From assembly GCA_948466735.1 (NCBI GenBank), contig CAOKBR010000003.1, forward strand, positions 1 to 56,208: a DNA stretch of 56,208 nucleotides. Direction: 5' to 3'. The DNA comes from an uncultured Mycoplasmatota bacterium. GTDB taxonomy: Bacteria; Bacillota_I; Bacilli_A; RF39; UBA660. This document shows positions 51,329 through 56,208 of the stretch, in pieces (positions within the stretch are counted from its first letter, which is position 1; the number at the start of each line of letters is the position of its first letter). The translations under genes and the position numbers were made by a program. The notes beneath the pieces are model-generated. The model saw nothing but the letters and a program-made list of their open reading frames with translations, was not told where the DNA came from and ran no database searches.

Positions 51329-51453
51329 CTAGGAACTAGTTATTTGAATATTACCTACTCCCCCATGACAAATGTAGTTATCCAAATTTTTCCTAAAATA
51401 CTATACCAATACACCCTTCTTGTTTGATTAACTACCTTTATTAAATTAGTATT
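51329..51453 (-). pseudogene. Eroded C-terminal cap of an LRR surface gene
   Basis: NTNLIKVVNQTRRVYWYSILG..TTFVMG, then shifted GVGNIQITSS*, matches NPNLEKIINKTGRSFDW..FVTGSVGSVVISSS*. Confidence 0.65.
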
Positions 51454-51542
51454 GACATTTATTACATTATTTCCCTTTTGTATACTTTAACATAATGAAT
51501 GTTAACTAAAAAAGAAAGAAAAGATTTTCGTTTTCCATCTTT

Positions 51543-53318
51543 TTATTGTTGTTGATTTGACTTTTGAAACCAAATGGACTCCACATCCACATTGTTACTT
51601 AATGGTTCGGGATTAGGTTTTTCAATTAACATCGAAGTAGGTACCAAGAACGCACTTCCAAAAGCAATGCAACTACCTGGTTGAAGATTTTTAATTTCTT
51701 CCATTAACTCTTCACTAACACTTGGAACCATTTCCTTAATATATTGTAAATCCTTAGGATGAAGCGTTCTTAAAATCAAAAAATTAGAGCACTGTGAAAT
51801 AGCAGTATCACTAAGTTCTGAAGGACGCTGCGTAATTAAACCAAGCAACACACCATACTTTCTTCCTTCTTTAGTGATTCTCTCAAAAATATTGTATCCC
51901 AAAATCTCTGTATCACTATCTAATTGCACATAACGATGCGCTTCTTCAATCACAATATGAAAAGGTACACTTCCTCGATTAGGGTTTTCTGTTGCAAAAT
52001 CAAAAATTAATTTCGATAAAATCTTAGTAATTACTTTGGCTAAGCGATCATCTACATAATGAATATTAAAATTTACAATTTGACACTTTTTTTGTTCGGC
52101 ATTCACTAATAACGAACGCACATACTCCGCCTTACTAATCATTCTAGGAAATGAAAAATAATTTGCTGAATTACTATTAATTAACGAATGAATTCTTACC
52201 AATAGTACGTTTGCTTCGTCATACACACGATCACTATTTAAAACACCCTCACTAATTAGCGCTAAAGACATAGCCTGTTCAAAATCAGCTAAATCATACA
52301 TTATCGTTCCATTTGGGTCTTTTAACTCCAAACCGTCAATAATAAACTGGCCAATAAACCCTGTTACCAATTCAATTTCTTGCATCTTATTCTTATCCAC
52401 ATACAAACACTGCTTTAACGTCCTCACATACCCTGGTTGAACAATTTGACTATCTAAATTCAAATCTTTCGTATGAAATTTCGTTAATACTGCAATAACT
52501 TGATCGCGAATCTTACTTGAGTCAGTACTACTGGTTAAAATATCCATAATACTTCTTGCAATGATATCATTCTTATGCTGTAAGACACTTTCATCATCAT
52601 TTTTTAAAATAGGAACAATTTTTAAGGCTTTTTCAATAATTGGCAATTGATTCGGTGTTGTCACTCCTAAAAGAAGGGCAATATCATCAACCCCTAATAA
52701 CCAAAAGGGAATCTTTAACACTTCATCCATCGAATAACTTGTATTTGTTGTGTACACTTTATAATTTAATAACGGTGATATTTGTGATAAAGATTGAAAA
52801 GCATTCGTATATTCCCCATAAGCATCAAACAAAAGAATATTAGCGCCGATTGGAATATATTCTCCTGTAGTAAAAATATTTTGAATTAATCTTGTTAAAG
52901 TAAAACTTTTTCCGCTTCCTGTGTTTCCTAAAATGGCAAAGTGATTACTTAAAAAACGATTTACATCCACATAAATAGGATATTGTTGATAAATATTAGA
53001 ATATCCTAAACGAAATTTTGAAGATTTTCCCGTTGTATTTCCAAATACTAACGCTAGTTCATTAGCGTTCACCAAACGAACCGTAGATCGAAAAGCAGGT
53101 TTTCTTATCGCCCCTGGAATAAACGTATTATTGACAATCTCACCGACAATAATAATTTCTGCTTGCTTTTGGGTTATGTCCACAATTTGTCCAATGATCA
53201 TCGTCTTATCATCGATAAACACCACATGAAGTCCTACAAAATTCACCTGTACTTTGATATCCACTGCTAAATCAATCGTTACTATATTTTTCTTTATACA
53301 ATGAATTGTTCCTAACAT
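51543..53318 (-). CDS. HerA/DUF87 family ATPase
   Basis: HFAILGNTGSGKS, IEEAHRY, ERITKEGRKYG, TQRPSELS. Confidence 0.9.
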   Translation of the reverse strand: MLGTIHCIKKNIVTIDLAVDIKVQVNFVGLHVVFIDDKTMIIGQIVDITQKQAEIIIVGEIVNNTFIPGAIRKPAFRSTVRLVNANELALVFGNTTGKSSKFRLGYSNIYQQYPIYVDVNRFLSNHFAILGNTGSGKSFTLTRLIQNIFTTGEYIPIGANILLFDAYGEYTNAFQSLSQISPLLNYKVYTTNTSYSMDEVLKIPFWLLGVDDIALLLGVTTPNQLPIIEKALKIVPILKNDDESVLQHKNDIIARSIMDILTSSTDSSKIRDQVIAVLTKFHTKDLNLDSQIVQPGYVRTLKQCLYVDKNKMQEIELVTGFIGQFIIDGLELKDPNGTIMYDLADFEQAMSLALISEGVLNSDRVYDEANVLLVRIHSLINSNSANYFSFPRMISKAEYVRSLLVNAEQKKCQIVNFNIHYVDDRLAKVITKILSKLIFDFATENPNRGSVPFHIVIEEAHRYVQLDSDTEILGYNIFERITKEGRKYGVLLGLITQRPSELSDTAISQCSNFLILRTLHPKDLQYIKEMVPSVSEELMEEIKNLQPGSCIAFGSAFLVPTSMLIEKPNPEPLSNNVDVESIWFQKSNQQQ

Positions 53319-53395
53319 TTTTATGCTCCTTTTCTATTCTATCTCATTATAACACAACTTAATTTCTCTTAGCAACGATATCTATTTTTCTATCA

Positions 53396-54628
53396 TTAAT
53401 AATTAATGTTTTTCACCAAATCAAAGCGATATCCTAACTCATGCATCTTATCAACAAAATCTCCAATAGCTTCATAATTTCCTTTATTTTTAGGATGTAA
53501 AAGATAAATTGCCCCGTTGTGATAACGTTTTAACAGCAACTCTAGCGCTTCTTCTTTGGACTTATCTTCATTAAAATCTAAATAATCAGCACTCCAAAAA
53601 AAACTTTTATATCCCATATCCTTTACGATTTCCAACCCTCTAAAGCTCCATTCCCCCTTCGGATCACGATATACCTTATCCATAGTTTTTCCTGTAATTT
53701 CAAAATACGCTTTTTCCATACTCAAAATCTCATTTTTAAACTCCATAAAACCAGATGCATTTGCATATTTTGGCATTTGACGATGGTGATAAGTATGGTT
53801 TCCTATCGAATGACCCTGTTCTACCCATTTTTTTACTTGTTCTTGATTTTTTACCATATAATTTCCACATAAGAAGAAAGTGGCCTTTACCCCTTTACTT
53901 GCTAAAACATCTGCAATTAAATCAAGATACGTATCTCCTCCCCCCTCATCAAAGGTTAGATAAATCACCTTTTCATCAGACCCCATAAAATAAGCTGAGT
54001 ACTTTGCTAATTCCATGAAATTCCATCCACCTGATGGTCGATTATGATCAAACTTATTCCCACTCCACCACGAATGAAGCGTTGAATCAATATCATCATA
54101 CCTTACCTGATAACTAAAATCTTTAGGTATAACCTTAACTACGCGCTTTTTTTTTGTGCAATTTTCATTTTTATCACATACCGAGTAAGTTAATGTATAC
54201 TCTCCTGTTTGATGAATATTTACATCTCCTTCCACCAAAACTTTTGTTGATAAATCACCATCTTGCTCATCACTAGCAGAGTAACCTTCTTCTTTATAAT
54301 TCGTATCCACAATTAAAGTATAAGGATTACTCCCTTTTAGTATTAACTTTGGAGCAATTGTATCATTATTTATCAAGGTTCTCTTTACCGTTTTCTTAAT
54401 ACCTAAAAAATTTCTTGCTGAATAAACTATCTTATTCTTTTCTTGTTTTATCTTAACGTTTAAATTAAATCCTAAAAACTTAGCTTTTGCTCCTTGCTCA
54501 ACATAAGGATTTTCTCCCGTTAAATAAACTACATTTTCCCCATTCATCTTTATTTCTACCAAAAAATAACTACATACCCACAGTACCCAAAGAATTAAAC
54601 CAATACATATAATCTTTTTTTTCATCAT
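53396..54628 (-). CDS. PdaA-like polysaccharide deacetylase with DUF5011 Ig-like domain
   Basis: IYLTFDEG, GNHTYHH, GAIYLLH; DTIAPKLIL.G..ASDEQDGDLS. Confidence 0.85.
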   Translation of the reverse strand: MMKKKIICIGLILWVLWVCSYFLVEIKMNGENVVYLTGENPYVEQGAKAKFLGFNLNVKIKQEKNKIVYSARNFLGIKKTVKRTLINNDTIAPKLILKGSNPYTLIVDTNYKEEGYSASDEQDGDLSTKVLVEGDVNIHQTGEYTLTYSVCDKNENCTKKKRVVKVIPKDFSYQVRYDDIDSTLHSWWSGNKFDHNRPSGGWNFMELAKYSAYFMGSDEKVIYLTFDEGGGDTYLDLIADVLASKGVKATFFLCGNYMVKNQEQVKKWVEQGHSIGNHTYHHRQMPKYANASGFMEFKNEILSMEKAYFEITGKTMDKVYRDPKGEWSFRGLEIVKDMGYKSFFWSADYLDFNEDKSKEEALELLLKRYHNGAIYLLHPKNKGNYEAIGDFVDKMHELGYRFDLVKNINY

Positions 54629-54731
54629 CTATCCCCTACCATTTCCCTAAATTATATGAAAAAGGAAAAATTTTTAGAGAAAAAAACAGAAAATTTCTTT
54701 TCCGTTTTATGATTTGTTAACAAAATGAATT

Positions 54732-54860
54732 TTAACGACCCCTTAAAAAATAAATAATCAACAATAATATCAATGCAATTGCTAATCCAATAGAGAGCAA
54801 ATGAACAATTTTAAATTGAAAACGATTATCTTGATTATTCATAATTTCATTTTTTTTCAT
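54732..54860 (-). CDS. Small 42-aa single-TM protein (not in ORF track)
   Basis: AGGTAGGT RBS; MKKNEIMNNQDNRFQFKIVHLLSIGLAIALILLLIFYFLRGR. Confidence 0.55.
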   Translation of the reverse strand: MKKNEIMNNQDNRFQFKIVHLLSIGLAIALILLLIIYFLRGR

Positions 54861-54968
54861 CTACATTACCTACCTTACAATATGTAGTATAACAAAATAA
54901 ATAAGAAAGAGCAATCAAATTTATTTGTTTTTATAGAATCTATTGTTCTTTGTTAAAACTTAAAAAGT

Positions 54969-55343
54969 TCATTCAAATATTGAACAAGATAAATGTGGAT
55001 GATACATTATAGAATCTTGATTTATCTCGATTAACACATAAGTGTGGTCAAAATCACAAGGATACTTAGAAGTAAAGGTTGATATATCGACATTATGGTT
55101 ATCTTTAAGTGATTGTAAGGTAACTTTTATCACATGAGCACTGGACAAATTAGTAGAATCAACATTTACTTGATAATTGGCTCTTACAAATTGTACCAAA
55201 GCGTTTTCTACCTCAGTTATACTAATTGATGAGTCTTCCGCTTTTTTTTCTTTATTTAACATTATTCCTGTAACAATTGATGATATAGCAACAAACGCTA
55301 ATATGATTGATATACCTTTTCCTACTTTCATTTTATCCCTCAA
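54969..55343 (-). CDS. Hypothetical N-terminally anchored protein with two Cys
   Basis: TM helix then alpha/beta domain, C..C. Confidence 0.7.
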   Translation of the reverse strand: MRDKMKVGKGISIILAFVAISSIVTGIMLNKEKKAEDSSISITEVENALVQFVRANYQVNVDSTNLSSAHVIKVTLQSLKDNHNVDISTFTSKYPCDFDHTYVLIEINQDSIMYHPHLSCSIFE

Positions 55344-55475
55344 CTATTCTTTTCTATTGCTAGTATAACACAAATTCATTTGATAGTATACTTTTTTCAA
55401 GAGCATTGTTCTTTTTTTATAATACTTTGCAAGAATGAAAACCCATGTTATAATGATTAGGAAAAGAGGGATATA

Positions 55476-55895
55476 ATGAAAAAGAAAATCTTAATGATTG
55501 CTATTATGATATTTGGTATTTTCTTCCTTACTGGATGTAGTGGAAAGAATAATATTGAAGAAATCAATTTTTCAACTTTGCAAAAAAAATTGGAAAATAA
55601 GGAGACTTTTATTTTAGAAGTTGTCCAAACAGGCTGCAGTGCTTGTAAAGATTTTTCCCCAAGATTTAATCAAGTATTAGGGGATAACAATTTAAAAGCA
55701 TATTCTGTTAATCTTACAAATTTTAGTGAAGAAGAAGCAAAAGAATTCAAAAAAATATTAACTATTTCAGGAACTCCAAATGTCATCTTCTTTAATGAAG
55801 GAGAAGAAAAATCAAGTATGACAAGAATCAGTGGTGCAGTAACCAATGCAAAAATTATAGAAAAATTAAAAGCTAATGGTTACCTTGCAGATTAA
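55476..55895 (+). CDS. Thioredoxin-like lipoprotein
   Basis: Lipobox FLTGC, CSAC, cis-Pro GTP. Confidence 0.85.
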   Translation: MKKKILMIAIMIFGIFFLTGCSGKNNIEEINFSTLQKKLENKETFILEVVQTGCSACKDFSPRFNQVLGDNNLKAYSVNLTNFSEEEAKEFKKILTISGTPNVIFFNEGEEKSSMTRISGAVTNAKIIEKLKANGYLAD

Positions 55896-55901
55896 AAAAT
55901 G

Positions 55902-55935
55902 AAAACTTCGTTTCTAATAGGGAACGAAGTTTTTT
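55902..55935. terminator. Bidirectional terminator
   Basis: AAAACTTCGTTTC-loop-GGAACGAAGTTTT. Confidence 0.7.
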
Positions 55936-55988
55936 ATGAAAAATAATATGAAAATAAAAACCTTGAATAATCAAGGTAAATATCAATA

Positions 55989-56064
55989 TGGTGGAGAATA
56001 GGAGGATCGAACTCCTGACCTCCACGGTGCAAACGTGGCGCTCTCCCAGCTGAGCTAATTCCCC
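55989..56064 (-). tRNA. tRNA-Ala(TGC)
   Basis: GGGGAAT/ATTCTCC with G3-U70, loop TTTGCAC, encoded CCA. Confidence 0.96.
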
Positions 56065-56208
56065 ATAAAAACTAGTCATTTCTGAACCAGTAATTGAATT
56101 ATAGCATAATCAAATTTATGATGTCAATAATTTTTTCTAAATTTTTTTGACAATGTTGATTTTAATTTGGAAGTCCGTTTTTATGTAAAAAGCTGAAATA
56201 AGTCTTGT

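Noticed and set aside
51543-53318. Anti-phage defence island around HerA
   Set aside because: Flanks are an ABC transporter and a deacetylase; no effector gene.
7650-55368. Short antisense or nested ORFs (e.g. 7650, 7947, 10188, 14498, 17740, 32335, 34467, 40507, 45081, 53755)
   Set aside because: They are shadows of well-supported genes, with no recognisable motifs.
55873-56079. 68-aa ORF in the track
   Set aside because: It overlaps tRNA-Ala; spurious.

Overview
AT-rich chromosomal window from a low-GC Firmicute. Gene content and style suggest an uncultured gut Bacilli lineage such as RF39 (inference). The standard genetic code is used. Most of the window is housekeeping, largely on the minus strand: mutY, recD2, mtaB, rsmE, ileS with T-box, infC-rpmI-rplT-rpsB-tsf, ftsK, queA, ruvAB, rplU-prp-rpmA, RNase J, rnc and three tRNAs. 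The edge of a serine-recombinase element lies next to tRNA-Thr at the left end. Five things stand out. (1) A dispersed family of SipW-signal, TasA-like surface proteins with swappable C-termini (BspA LRR or CLec-like), mostly decayed. Three loci carry an unannotated leader ORF (LVN-x-[RK]-LTRGG) overlapping a palindrome and a G-tract, and two of these are followed by a terminator, which suggests a phase-variable attenuator. (2) A translationally coupled pair: a dockerin-bearing M60 glycopeptidase and a membrane-anchored cohesin-like protein. (3) Near-identical Rho-N-like tails on both bL20 and uS2. (4) An unassigned structured RNA of about 220 nt with its own promoter and terminator. (5) IS30 and Rpn remnants. 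All calls are from motif recognition by eye; no database searches were run.
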